Of a DNA stretch of 41,388 nt, positions 1 to 8,764 are shown piece by piece. A program made the translations under genes and the position numbers. The stretch is from an uncultured virus (IMG/VR IMGVR_UViG_3300011223_000002). Taxonomy: Duplodnaviria > Heunggongvirae > Uroviricota > Caudoviricetes. Location of the stretch: positions 186,001 through 227,388 of IMG/VR virus record IMGVR_UViG_3300011223_000002. One strand, 5' to 3'. Each line of letters starts with the position of its first letter. Positions within the stretch are counted from its first letter, which is position 1. The notes under the pieces are model-generated. The model saw nothing but the letters and a program-made list of their open reading frames with translations. It had not been told where the DNA came from and did no database searches.

Positions 1-206
1 ACAGCACCACGGTCAATCCACACTCGATTGACTTCGTCCCACTCAACTAAGTGCCGAGGGTTAAGTACCAGGTAAAGATCACCGTGATACAACGTCCCCA
101 TAACTGACAGGAAATCCATTGTATCTACAACGCCTTGCACTAGGACTTGTAGTACAGGTTGATGTGTTGGTAATGGAAGACGATCTTTCGAAACGCAGCA
201 ACTCAT
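1..206 (-). CDS. Hypothetical phage protein, 3'-truncated by the window edge (MSCCVSKDRLPLPTHQPVLQ...)
   Basis: Read manually: ATG at 206 preceded by TAGGA; frame stays open to the window edge; same strand as the operon. Confidence 0.6.
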   Translation of the reverse strand, partial: MSCCVSKDRLPLPTHQPVLQVLVQGVVDTMDFLSVMGTLYHGDLYLVLNPRHLVEWDEVNRVWIDRGA

Positions 207-215
207 GATATTTTC

Positions 216-443
216 CTAAGGTGATTGATGGACGGGGTTGTCCTCAGTCATACCGAACTCACGGTCAAGTTGTTCTAGTTCCTCTTTAAGGGCTGCCATT
301 TCCTGGAGCTTGTTCCGATAGTCTGGGACGAAGACCACATCGCGGCCGTAAATCCTCCCATACTCCAAGAGCTCAAGCCCCAGTTGGTTGATCTTTTTCC
401 CGTTAAAGATTGCCTTTGTTAATGCATGCGTTAGGTCAGTCAT
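216..443 (-). CDS. Small hypothetical protein
   Basis: ATG at 443 (MTDLTHAL) with GAGGT RBS; tightly packed after the polymerase gene. Confidence 0.65.
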   Translation of the reverse strand: MTDLTHALTKAIFNGKKINQLGLELLEYGRIYGRDVVFVPDYRNKLQEMAALKEELEQLDREFGMTEDNPVHQSP

Positions 444-457
444 TACACCTCGCGTAA

Positions 458-2551
458 TCAATGCTCGTCCGAAACCAATCGGGTCATTTTGCTGTTCAAG
501 ATAAACAACCCCAAGGATTCCAGAATGGCATAGACACTCTTCAAGTTTTGTGCGATGATCAGCCGATCGTCAATTGCTGAACGGAACTCTTTCGGAATAC
601 CGCCAATCCCTTCAATTAAGTTAGTTGGGACGTAGAGTGATGACAGCGCGGTTTTGTCGCCCATGAAGTTCTCCAGTGCGGCACGGAAGTTTTTGTCTTC
701 CAGTGTCTCGTAGAACTCCTGCAAACGTTTCTTGCCGTCAAGACTAAGGTTAACCTTGTACGCTTTATAAGGAATCGCAGGGGCTTCTCCGTATCGCGCA
801 CTCAGGACCTCTTCCCACAACTTGTGATAGAAGTACACTGTTGAGTCTGGGTTCTTGTAAACGGTTTCATGTTTGATGTTGTTGTGCGTCAACCAGAACC
901 ATCCACCTTCTTCCAGGTTTTGTTTCAGCGCCCGTTCGATGTCACCGACCTCCTTGAGGATGTCAGGGGCTGACAGCGTCTTCCGAGTATACAAGGCATC
1001 CAGTACCCTTCGCATGAGCTTGTTGGTGAAGTTACGCACCAACTCTGCGATCTTCACGCCTCGCAGATGCACGCCTTTCAGTTCGAGGGCAGGTTTGGCG
1101 TTCAACACCCCTTCTACCATGAGCTGCAATGCGTAGTAGTGTTTCGACATCATCGTGGTAACATACGACGCGAACAGGTACTCGTTCTTCATGTTCAGTC
1201 GGTTCTGGTACTTCGCCGACACGTTCATGTTTCGACTGAGCTGCGCGTGCTGATCGACCGCAATGCAACGAATGAAATACGTCAACACCCCGTTGAACTT
1301 CAGCGCAGTGCCCGCATCGGAAACATAATCATCAATGATCATGTCGACCGAGTAGATTACCGAGTCTGTGTCGGACGTCATCACACTTTCGCGGACAATG
1401 TCCTTGACGTTAAAGATCCCAGTCGGGGGAATCCGCGACTTAAAGAAAGCCCGTAGGAATTTCTCCCACTTCTGCTCAACCCCCACATGGTAGTTGTTCA
1501 GGAAGTTGATTTCTGCCGCACTGGCATCCTTGGGCAGCTTGGTAATGCAAAGAATCTTGTAGTCGCTGTTGGCCGGCTTGGCATAATCCGACGCAGTGGT
1601 GCCCTCAGGCATTGTCGGTGTAGCACACCAATCGTTAAAGAACCGTTTCATCAGGTCCATGTTGGTCACATATAACCCGCGAAGGTCGAGGACACACAGG
1701 ATGACGGTCAGTTCCAACGGAGTCATGTTTTGCAACAACAATCGGATGGCGTTCAGCGACTCAGGGTTTCGCCAGTAGTAACGACTGCAACGCACCACCA
1801 TGTCCATGACCTGGTCAACGGTGGCATAGTTCATGCCGTACTCGTCGATCACTTCTTGAATCAGGTCCTGGTCAGCGTATTGCAGCTGGGCGATGAAACC
1901 CTCAACGGTCTTGTTATAACTCAACAACAACCGGTTACCCGTGATCAGTCGTTCGTTGATCAGGTTGGCGGTAGAGGTCAGCGCACGGCACGTGGAGGTC
2001 AGGGAGGTGTGCCCGGACTGGTTAAACAATGGCGTCCCCGAAGAAGACATGGCGCCGGACTGAGCGTTGTTAAAGATCTTCAGGGCGTTCTGGATTTCGT
2101 TGAACGCCTGCCAGGCCACGCTGCCCTTTGGGACTTCACCACGTTTGCCTTTGTAGATACGACGGAATTCAATGAACTGTTCAGTGCCGGCTGCGTTAAC
2201 CGATTGCTCAACATCGGTGTGGGTGTAGGCCACCAACGAAGGTGAAAGGTGCCAGCCATTCGAATGAACTGTGTTAAAGAATTCACAGGTCCCCATGACA
2301 ACCGGTTGGCGATCGCCATGCTTGTCTTTCTTGAAGACCCGCATCTTGGCTTCTCTGAAGCCATTCTCATTGGGGACAAAGAACTCCGCCATGAGCTTGA
2401 GCATGTAGTCGTAATCGTAGTTGTACGCCAACGACAACAGATAAGCAGCTTGGTAGTGGTACGCCTTCAGAAAATTACGATCAGTGGTGTAAGTATCTTG
2501 TATAAACGGTGCGCGATGATTAGGCACGTCAATTTTGGCAGGTACGCCCAT
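458..2551 (-). CDS. Divergent family-B DNA polymerase, catalytic (fingers/palm/thumb) subunit, phiKZ gp50-like
   Basis: Motif B-like QNALKIFNNAQSG, motif C-like SDTDS, SKHYY and LELKGV motifs; no recognisable exonuclease motifs or motif A. Start is ATG 2551 or GTG 2560. Confidence 0.88.
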   Translation of the reverse strand: MGVPAKIDVPNHRAPFIQDTYTTDRNFLKAYHYQAAYLLSLAYNYDYDYMLKLMAEFFVPNENGFREAKMRVFKKDKHGDRQPVVMGTCEFFNTVHSNGWHLSPSLVAYTHTDVEQSVNAAGTEQFIEFRRIYKGKRGEVPKGSVAWQAFNEIQNALKIFNNAQSGAMSSSGTPLFNQSGHTSLTSTCRALTSTANLINERLITGNRLLLSYNKTVEGFIAQLQYADQDLIQEVIDEYGMNYATVDQVMDMVVRCSRYYWRNPESLNAIRLLLQNMTPLELTVILCVLDLRGLYVTNMDLMKRFFNDWCATPTMPEGTTASDYAKPANSDYKILCITKLPKDASAAEINFLNNYHVGVEQKWEKFLRAFFKSRIPPTGIFNVKDIVRESVMTSDTDSVIYSVDMIIDDYVSDAGTALKFNGVLTYFIRCIAVDQHAQLSRNMNVSAKYQNRLNMKNEYLFASYVTTMMSKHYYALQLMVEGVLNAKPALELKGVHLRGVKIAELVRNFTNKLMRRVLDALYTRKTLSAPDILKEVGDIERALKQNLEEGGWFWLTHNNIKHETVYKNPDSTVYFYHKLWEEVLSARYGEAPAIPYKAYKVNLSLDGKKRLQEFYETLEDKNFRAALENFMGDKTALSSLYVPTNLIEGIGGIPKEFRSAIDDRLIIAQNLKSVYAILESLGLFILNSKMTRLVSDEH

Positions 2552-2605
2552 AACTGGCACACTCTCGAATATTCGGTGAATAGAAATAAAGGGGCATAGA
2601 AGAGA

Positions 2606-2658
2606 AATAAAAAATAGATAGATAACCCGCGCCCCTACTAAATAGGGGGCGGGGTATC
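2606..2658 (-). terminator. Intrinsic terminator
   Basis: GC-rich stem 2621-2658 followed by a T-rich tract on the minus strand. Confidence 0.65.
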
Positions 2659-2664
2659 ATTATG

Positions 2665-3078
2665 TTATTTACTGACTTCACTGAACGTGTACGTGGCCTT
2701 GATATCTTCCAGGAAGCGGTGCAGAGGGGCTTCCATGCTCGCGTCGAAGTTGGTTAGCACGTAGGTTCGCGTACGGGCGTTGATGATCTTGAACGTCGCC
2801 TCGTTGACCCACGGGACCCCGACCACTTGCAGAGTGCCGTTCGGCAGCTGAATAGCGAAGTAGTAGTACGCATTAGGGTCGTCTACACCCTTCACCGCAT
2901 CTTTGAAGTAGGGGAAGAGGTTCGTGTGTTTGGTCACCACCTGTGGGTCGATCCCCCGAGCAGCTTCCAGTGTCATGCGATCCACTACTACTTTAACACC
3001 GCTTTGTGGATCGCCAATAACGCCGTTCTGAACGTACTGGAAACTTACCACATCACCCACGGCTGGTTTGATGGCCAT
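2665..3078 (-). CDS. Conserved phiKZ-like hypothetical protein adjacent to the polymerase (gp49-like by position)
   Basis: 137-aa ORF, GAGGT RBS, syntenic position. Confidence 0.7.
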   Translation of the reverse strand: MAIKPAVGDVVSFQYVQNGVIGDPQSGVKVVVDRMTLEAARGIDPQVVTKHTNLFPYFKDAVKGVDDPNAYYYFAIQLPNGTLQVVGVPWVNEATFKIINARTRTYVLTNFDASMEAPLHRFLEDIKATYTFSEVSK

Positions 3079-3080
3079 AA

Positions 3081-3416
3081 CTACCTCGATGAACTAACAG
3101 TGATGTAAATCAAGGGCATCAGTTCAGTTCTTCCTTGAACCCGTAGTGCTACCCCTGGAGTCTCGCTAACTTCGAGGTTTTCGATCACGTCGTCACCGAG
3201 ATTGGCCAACAACAGATCAAAGAGTTCCTCGTCCTGAATTTCAACATCGACCAACGGCTCCTCAAGCAGGTCGGTTATTTGGTCGATGGTGGTCTTTAAC
3301 AAGGTCTGCATGCGTTTGAAGGAGGGATGCCCCGCTGGGGTATCGTGTCCGTTTACGCGGAGATGAAGGTGCTCAGCCAGCGCTTGGTAATCAAGCGGGA
3401 GGAGGCGTGTGTTCAT
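3081..3416 (-). CDS. Hypothetical protein
   Basis: ATG 3416 (MNTRLLP) with GAGG upstream; operon packing. Confidence 0.65.
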   Translation of the reverse strand: MNTRLLPLDYQALAEHLHLRVNGHDTPAGHPSFKRMQTLLKTTIDQITDLLEEPLVDVEIQDEELFDLLLANLGDDVIENLEVSETPGVALRVQGRTELMPLIYITVSSSR

Positions 3417-3720
3417 TATCAGTCGCCTCTTTATAACTGAAGATGAAGTTGACGATCGAGGGATTAACCCGGGCATCGACCAACTGGACGTTTACTTTGT
3501 CACGGCAGAGTTGCTGGAGAATACGCGAGGTCTCCATAAACTCACTGGTGAGCATTTGGTTCGCTTCCTCGATCGGGTGAGAGAAGGTGCCGGCTACCAC
3601 AAAGGGGAACCCTGGGGGAAGGCCGATGTGCATGGACTCGAACAAGGCCCGGTACATACCGAGCAGTTCAGCCACATCCGTCAAGGGTGGAAGTTTGATC
3701 GAATGGGAAACATGGTTCAT
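3391..3720 (-). CDS. Hypothetical protein
   Basis: 109-aa ORF, GGAGA upstream, overlaps both neighbours. Confidence 0.65.
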   Translation of the reverse strand: MNHVSHSIKLPPLTDVAELLGMYRALFESMHIGLPPGFPFVVAGTFSHPIEEANQMLTSEFMETSRILQQLCRDKVNVQLVDARVNPSIVNFIFSYKEATDNEHTPPPA

Positions 3721-4030
3721 TTTCTATCTCCAGAAGAATACAGACCGGTGCGCATGACCAGCCTTTTAATTGGTTATTCAATGCAAACCAACGTACCTGT
3801 CGCGCCATTTCAGTAAGGTCATTACTCAACAGGTTCCACAGCGTCAGCGCATGAAGTTCATCCAGGTCTAGGCCTGTTAAGATGAGTTCACGAGTAATAC
3901 GAGCGCCGTCATCATTGACGCGCCAGTACATCATGAGTGTGTCAAAGAATGAACAGAATTGGTTATGAGAGAACCCGTAATCTGTAAACACCTTTAACGC
4001 CAAGCAGCAGGGCAAACTTACGCGTCGCAT
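3668..4030 (-). CDS. Hypothetical protein
   Basis: 120-aa ORF in the overlapping chain. Confidence 0.6.
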   Translation of the reverse strand: MRRVSLPCCLALKVFTDYGFSHNQFCSFFDTLMMYWRVNDDGARITRELILTGLDLDELHALTLWNLLSNDLTEMARQVRWFALNNQLKGWSCAPVCILLEIENEPCFPFDQTSTLDGCG

Positions 4031-4491
4031 TCCAAGTCCCTCACATCTATGCCGATCAGCAAGTTACCGCATTCGACCATGCGGTAGAGGATGGGGTACT
4101 GGAGAATGCTGTTCGGTAGGTCTTTGTACAGAGCCCTTGATAACCAAGCCCGACCGTCATCAACCAAGTCAGTCAAGTCATCGTGAAACAAGTAACGGGT
4201 GAATCCAAGGTTGAAACCTTTGCTGGTTTCCTCTACATCAAACCCTCGATGACGCGTAACAAAATCATCAATCGTTTTCTGCAGAACCGAGAGTGCTATT
4301 AAGTCGAGCTTCCGCTGTAGGGGTAATAGGCCCCTTGTCCCTGAACGGCTGACGAAGCTCGTCTCCGTAACGCTCCCAGTGACCAGACCCCCCAGTCGCC
4401 CACGAACCGTCTTTAACAGCTCTTGGGTGTCGATCTGAAAGAAGCGGTGTTCTCCGCTTGGCTTTGCCAGAATATAGTCGAGTGATTTCAT
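4018..4491 (-). CDS. Hypothetical protein
   Basis: ATG 4491 (MKSLDYIL); fills the gap in the operon; start uncertain. Confidence 0.6.
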   Translation of the reverse strand: MKSLDYILAKPSGEHRFFQIDTQELLKTVRGRLGGLVTGSVTETSFVSRSGTRGLLPLQRKLDLIALSVLQKTIDDFVTRHRGFDVEETSKGFNLGFTRYLFHDDLTDLVDDGRAWLSRALYKDLPNSILQYPILYRMVECGNLLIGIDVRDLECDA

Positions 4492-4927
4492 GGTTGAGGG
4501 CGATCCCCGGATTGTCAATGACCACGTCTGTAACATGGGGGCTCAGTGGATTGACCAGATCAGCCTCATGCAGCATGCACGCCATTGTTTCTTCGAGATC
4601 CATGACCACTCGGGCTTGATGGAAGCCGCGCCCTATACGACGAGTTTCCAACCGCACCTTGATCCGTGGATCCCATGCGCACCGTCTTCCTCCTTCGCGG
4701 ATCTTCATGGTCTGATCGACAATAGCACGCGCGACACCCATGATGTCGTAATCATTTTCAAACAGGTCTTCTGCTTCTCCTAGGAGCAGATTCATCCGAT
4801 GATCGTAGTTAAAGATCTCAACAGCAAAGTCCAAGATCCTTAACGCCAGCACTTCCCGAACTTCTTCGTCTAACTTCTCGATTGTCGGGAGGTTGCGACC
4901 CATTTCCTTAACATCAAATAGGATCAT
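4268..4927 (-). CDS. Hypothetical protein; 3' end overlaps the next gene
   Basis: 219-aa ORF with AGGT RBS; N-terminal ~145 aa look globular. Confidence 0.65.
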   Translation of the reverse strand: MILFDVKEMGRNLPTIEKLDEEVREVLALRILDFAVEIFNYDHRMNLLLGEAEDLFENDYDIMGVARAIVDQTMKIREGGRRCAWDPRIKVRLETRRIGRGFHQARVVMDLEETMACMLHEADLVNPLSPHVTDVVIDNPGIALNHEITRLYSGKAKRRTPLLSDRHPRAVKDGSWATGGSGHWERYGDELRQPFRDKGPITPTAEARLNSTLGSAEND

Positions 4928-4938
4928 GTGTGACCTAA

Positions 4939-5232
4939 CTAATAGGTGAATGTAACTAGGACGTTATTGGACGTTCTGCCAATAACCCGGATAGAGACCA
5001 ATGCGGTTGAAGGAACACCCACCGTCCAACCGGTGATGATTTCCTCCAACGATCCCAACGACCCCCAACGAGCACGAGTGAATCCAAGCTCGGAGATATT
5101 GCTGTACCCCAGGTTGATCAAAAGAGCAACAAGGTCACCACGGTCTACCGTTTGTTTTAACGGCTTTTTGTCGTTACCCATGGTTCGGTATAGGTGGTGG
5201 TCGTTAAGATCAACAGAGAAGCTCTTAGACAC
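4939..5232 (-). CDS. Hypothetical protein
   Basis: GTG start with strong AAGGAG RBS. Confidence 0.7.
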   Translation of the reverse strand: MSKSFSVDLNDHHLYRTMGNDKKPLKQTVDRGDLVALLINLGYSNISELGFTRARWGSLGSLEEIITGWTVGVPSTALVSIRVIGRTSNNVLVTFTY

Positions 5233-5304
5233 GTTGAAGCTCCTTTATTAATTTGTCTGTGCATAATAATGTTCTGTGCCGTCAAAAATTAATGCAACAT
5301 AGAC

Positions 5305-5338
5305 CCTAAGGTAAGGAGCGTGAGCTCCTTACCTTAGG
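5305..5338 (-). terminator. Hairpin/terminator downstream of phuZ
   Basis: Perfect 15-bp inverted repeat CCTAAGGTAAGGAGC-gtga-GCTCCTTACCTTAGG. Confidence 0.75.
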
Positions 5339-5354
5339 TATTCAGTGCTTTGCC

Positions 5355-6323
5355 TTACAGCATGAAGCCCATCTCGTTGGCGCCTTCAGACTTGATCGCC
5401 TTCTGCTTGCCGTAGGCGTTGGTCGCTTCGCTTTGCGAAGTTTCCAGATCGTCGACGGCCTTCTTGATGGCGGCGTAGCTGTCACCGTGGTCCAGGGTGA
5501 AGTGGAGTTCGGTCACGTCTTTCGGGATTTCTGTCTTGTCGCGGCTGGAGGAGAACACGCCAGTGGTACGGTAGACCGAACCAACGAAGCGTGGGATGAC
5601 GTCGTCACTGCTCATGAACAGTGATGCCAATGCCACCGGAAGCTTGCCTTCGTACTCGACGGCGCCCTGTTGGTCGAAGAAGTCCAGACGACTCAGCGCT
5701 GGCGCAACCTTGCCGTTGTACGAGTAGTTGAAGAAGTTCGCGATGTCGCTGTCGTCGATTTCGGTGTTGCCTTCGTTGAACAGGATGCTCAACAGGTTCA
5801 GGCTGTCGATGATCTCGGTATTCATCTGCCCGCGGGTTTTGGTGTTTTCGTTGATGCACGACATGTACGCGACTGGCTTGCCCAGCTGGTCCACGAGGTT
5901 GTAGAAGGTTTGCAGGCCCTTGACCGAGTTCTGCTTTTCGGTCAGGGAGGTGTGATCTTCGATCAGGTAGAGGAAGACCTCGTGTTCGGCTTCCAGCAGC
6001 ATCTTCACCAGCAGCATGGCGAAGGCGCGACCAGTACCGCCGGCGGCGTTGGCGACCACGACGTTGTGGCGACCTGGTTTGTACTTCTTGAGCATGGTCG
6101 CGGCGAAAGAAGCCATGGCAGGGAAGTGGACGGTGGAGTCCTTACCGCTACCGCTCACACCTTCCAGACGCTCGATCGGGAAGAGGTCGGTGTCGTTCTT
6201 GTCACTGGTATCGAAACCTACGAAGGCCGCTTTCTTGTTCGCACTGGTGCGAGCCGCCGCTGTCAGTGCCATGCCGATGTTGATGCCGGCGCCGCCACAG
6301 AGGAAATATTGAAGGTTGGTCAT
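5355..6323 (-). CDS. phuZ: PhuZ phage tubulin (tubulin/FtsZ-family spindle protein)
   Basis: CGGAGINIG, GSGKD, tubulin signature AGGTG, T7-loop-like EIDDSD; 322 aa; strongly biased codon usage. Confidence 0.93.
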   Translation of the reverse strand: MTNLQYFLCGGAGINIGMALTAAARTSANKKAAFVGFDTSDKNDTDLFPIERLEGVSGSGKDSTVHFPAMASFAATMLKKYKPGRHNVVVANAAGGTGRAFAMLLVKMLLEAEHEVFLYLIEDHTSLTEKQNSVKGLQTFYNLVDQLGKPVAYMSCINENTKTRGQMNTEIIDSLNLLSILFNEGNTEIDDSDIANFFNYSYNGKVAPALSRLDFFDQQGAVEYEGKLPVALASLFMSSDDVIPRFVGSVYRTTGVFSSSRDKTEIPKDVTELHFTLDHGDSYAAIKKAVDDLETSQSEATNAYGKQKAIKSEGANEMGFML

Positions 6324-6390
6324 ATTGACTCGCTCTCTTCCAGAGTACTAAGGATGTGGACAAAGATAAGGTTTAATCTCTATCACGGGG

Positions 6391-6407
6391 GTAATATGGG
6401 TTTAAAA
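6391..6407 (-). promoter_or_regulatory. Putative early (vRNAP) promoter TTTTAAACCCATATTAC upstream of phuZ
   Basis: Resembles the phiKZ early TATATTAC motif; related copies at 8896, 26593 and 29754. Confidence 0.65.
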
Positions 6408-6427
6408 AATTCTGGCGAAGTAAGCGA

Positions 6428-6555
6428 CCAAAAATAACCAGCGTACGGAGTAGATGGGGGGACCTCCGTACGCCAGTGTCCCAATACAGGACTGAATTTC
6501 TGGAGCCGCTTCACTGACCGGGAACCATGGCGTAGTCGTACCAGTCCGTGTTTCG
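6428..6555 (-). ncRNA. Candidate small non-coding RNA bounded by a promoter-like motif and a terminator
   Basis: Promoter-like CTGCAAAGGTATATTAT at 6558-6574; 10-bp stem GCGTACGGAG/CTCCGTACGC followed by TTATTTTT; no credible ORF. Confidence 0.35.
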
Positions 6556-6594
6556 GTATAATATACCTTTGCAGTGCTACAAAATACAGAATGC

Positions 6595-6740
6595 AAAAAA
6601 AAAAGAAAGTAAGAACCCTAGCCCCACCTCCCCTTTGCAGAGGGAAGTGGAGTAGGGGTGGAGGCCTTTTAGGCAACCCTCAACCCAAGACAGGCAATGA
6701 ATGCCGAGGGTGACCGAGGGGTTTGGCGGTGAGCCTCCTA
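6595..6740 (-). terminator. Two tandem hairpins ending in a long T tract after the Ntn-hydrolase cluster
   Basis: Imperfect stems at ~6615-6658 and ~6660-6738; T10 run on the minus strand. Confidence 0.6.
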
Positions 6741-6810
6741 ACCTACCAAATACAGCATGACAATGGCCTGACTAGTACACTACACACGATGACGTACATA
6801 GAATACAGTA

Positions 6811-7491
6811 TTAACCTTTATCGTCCTTGCGCAATTCCTCGAAGTTTTCAATCATCCCGCCTAATTTGACGTGCAGTTTGTTGAAGACCTCGTCTCGCTG
6901 TTCAGGGGTGTAGTCGTCTCGAAGTTCTGCAGCGATGGTCTGTAGATCCTCAAGCTCACGCTCAAAGATGCCTTTAGCCCTTTCACTTTTGCTGAGCGGT
7001 TGTGCGGGTGGGCGGATAAAACTCATTACCTCTCCGCCGCTTTGCAGGTCCCATTTGCAAACAGTTTCCATGACCTTGTGAGAACTCAAACCAATCGATA
7101 GCAGGGCGGTTGCCAAACCCACCCCAGTACCGATTGACAGTTTGCCCGTAACTGGCAACAAGGTGTTAACAATGTTCTCACCCTCACTGCCATTCGCAAA
7201 GCGCCATTCAAACACCGCGTCCTTACACACAATGACCGCTTGAAAGGAAATCGAGCGACCGGTGAGTTCGGTGCGATGGGTCAGGTGCTTGGTCAAGGCT
7301 TCTGCGATCCAAGGTCCAGGGTTACCGCTGCTCAAGAAAGCAAACGCCAAGGCTTCGCAGTTGTGGACTTTCCACTGATCGAAGGTACCTACTGTGTACA
7401 TCCGCCGGACGGAGAGTTGCCGGCGAAGCCCTGCTTCATGATCAAGCGAATCAACGACCAGCTCTTTACCATCCCAACAGATTGTAGACAT
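6811..7491 (-). CDS. HslV/proteasome-beta-like Ntn-hydrolase paralog C (Ser1, probably degenerate) with helical C-terminal tail
   Basis: MSTICWDGKELVVDS, SIGTG, DLQSGG; clear similarity to the two neighbouring ORFs. Confidence 0.75.
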   Translation of the reverse strand: MSTICWDGKELVVDSLDHEAGLRRQLSVRRMYTVGTFDQWKVHNCEALAFAFLSSGNPGPWIAEALTKHLTHRTELTGRSISFQAVIVCKDAVFEWRFANGSEGENIVNTLLPVTGKLSIGTGVGLATALLSIGLSSHKVMETVCKWDLQSGGEVMSFIRPPAQPLSKSERAKGIFERELEDLQTIAAELRDDYTPEQRDEVFNKLHVKLGGMIENFEELRKDDKG

Positions 7492-7508
7492 GATACATTA
7501 CTCCTCGA

Positions 7509-8054
7509 TTAATGGTTTCCCACAAGGTCAGCTCTTTCTGCTGCCTGGTTGTCCAGGTATTCCTGTAGATCAAAGCCCTGAACATCGCCGCCGGAGAAAA
7601 CATCCAAACTAATACCCGCCAGCACGGCTTCGTGAACAGTTCCTCCAACCGCCATAGCGCCCATCGCGTATGAACGACCCGTCCCTATTGCCCAGGGTCC
7701 TGTGTGACATCGCAGCTGGTGATAAATTTCATTGTGCAGCAGGGGCATATGAGTATACACCCACGTGAAACACTCCCCTTCTTCCGTGATTAGCATAGCC
7801 TGAATCCCACGGAAGTTGGCAGAGATGAGGGGGAGCTTTTCAGTTAACCCATCAGCCAATGCTCGCCGTACGAACTCCATTACAGAAACACCAGGCCGGT
7901 CAACAGCAAAGGCCACCACCCGTTTACCCATAACTCGCCAGTCAGAGTCGTTGGTGGCTACTTTGATCTTTACCGCCCCAACTTCAGCCATTCCGTTTAC
8001 ACTGAACTGAGAATCAGCGGCCAGTTGACCATCTCGATAAGCGATCGTTGTCAT
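7509..8054 (-). CDS. HslV/proteasome-beta-like Ntn-hydrolase paralog B
   Basis: MTTIAYRDGQLAADSQ, VKI lysine, AIGTGRSYAMGAM, DVFSGG. Confidence 0.85.
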   Translation of the reverse strand: MTTIAYRDGQLAADSQFSVNGMAEVGAVKIKVATNDSDWRVMGKRVVAFAVDRPGVSVMEFVRRALADGLTEKLPLISANFRGIQAMLITEEGECFTWVYTHMPLLHNEIYHQLRCHTGPWAIGTGRSYAMGAMAVGGTVHEAVLAGISLDVFSGGDVQGFDLQEYLDNQAAERADLVGNH

Positions 8055-8068
8055 AGCGCGAATACCCT

Positions 8069-8764
8069 TTAAGCGAGGTGTTCTTTGGGCGGGGTAGCCT
8101 TGGGCTTTCCTGCATCGCGTTCTGCTTCGAGTAGTTCAGGCGACTTGGGTTTGTTAGCCATCTCTTCACGAATGTACTCTTTCAGCGCATCGTAGGTCAG
8201 GTGGCCAATGGTGTCCGGGGTCCCCGTCTTAGGCTCTGCTGCAGGCGCTGGTCGAACGCTCTTTACTGCCGGTGCTGGCGGTAATACAAACACGTCCAGC
8301 ACATCGTTAGTGTATGGGCAAACCTTACTAGCCCCTTTAACGGCCTGCTGTGCAGTTTTACCAATGCTCATCAAAGCAAAAGCAAAGTTATCGCCACTTC
8401 CCATAGAGAAGGGAGCTTGCGCCAGTTCCAGATAAGACGAGAATTGCCCACCACGAGTAGGCGCTACTGTCTGTATCCATGCGATCCCCGATTCAGTAAT
8501 GAATAGGGCGTTGTACATCATCTCGTAAGGCAAGTCCCATTTGGTCCTGTACGTGATACCTGCCCGCAAGAAGTCCTTGACTGCCTCGATCCCCGACGTC
8601 ATACCGGCCAATGCAAAAGCGATACAACGTTCTCCCTGGATCTCCCAGTATTCCCCTTCAGCCGGAGTAAAGATTTTTTGTACGCGACCGGGGAGAATAG
8701 TATCGCCCCGAGTGCCTTGTGTATCTGCTACCAGCTCTTTACCATCCCAAGCTACAGTCGTCAT
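8069..8764 (-). CDS. HslV/proteasome-beta-like Ntn-hydrolase paralog A with Pro/Ala-rich C-terminal extension
   Basis: MTTVAWDGKELVADTQ, QKI lysine, SMGSGDNFA. Confidence 0.83.
   Translation of the reverse strand: MTTVAWDGKELVADTQGTRGDTILPGRVQKIFTPAEGEYWEIQGERCIAFALAGMTSGIEAVKDFLRAGITYRTKWDLPYEMMYNALFITESGIAWIQTVAPTRGGQFSSYLELAQAPFSMGSGDNFAFALMSIGKTAQQAVKGASKVCPYTNDVLDVFVLPPAPAVKSVRPAPAAEPKTGTPDTIGHLTYDALKEYIREEMANKPKSPELLEAERDAGKPKATPPKEHLA

Noticed and set aside
6480..6550. Possible tRNA suggested by the GGACTG...CAGTCC closing stem
   Set aside because: No TTC T-loop, D-arm or CCA end; kept only as a generic ncRNA candidate
6383..6676. 97-aa and 64-aa ORFs upstream of phuZ
   Set aside because: They cross terminator, poly-T and promoter motifs and lack an RBS
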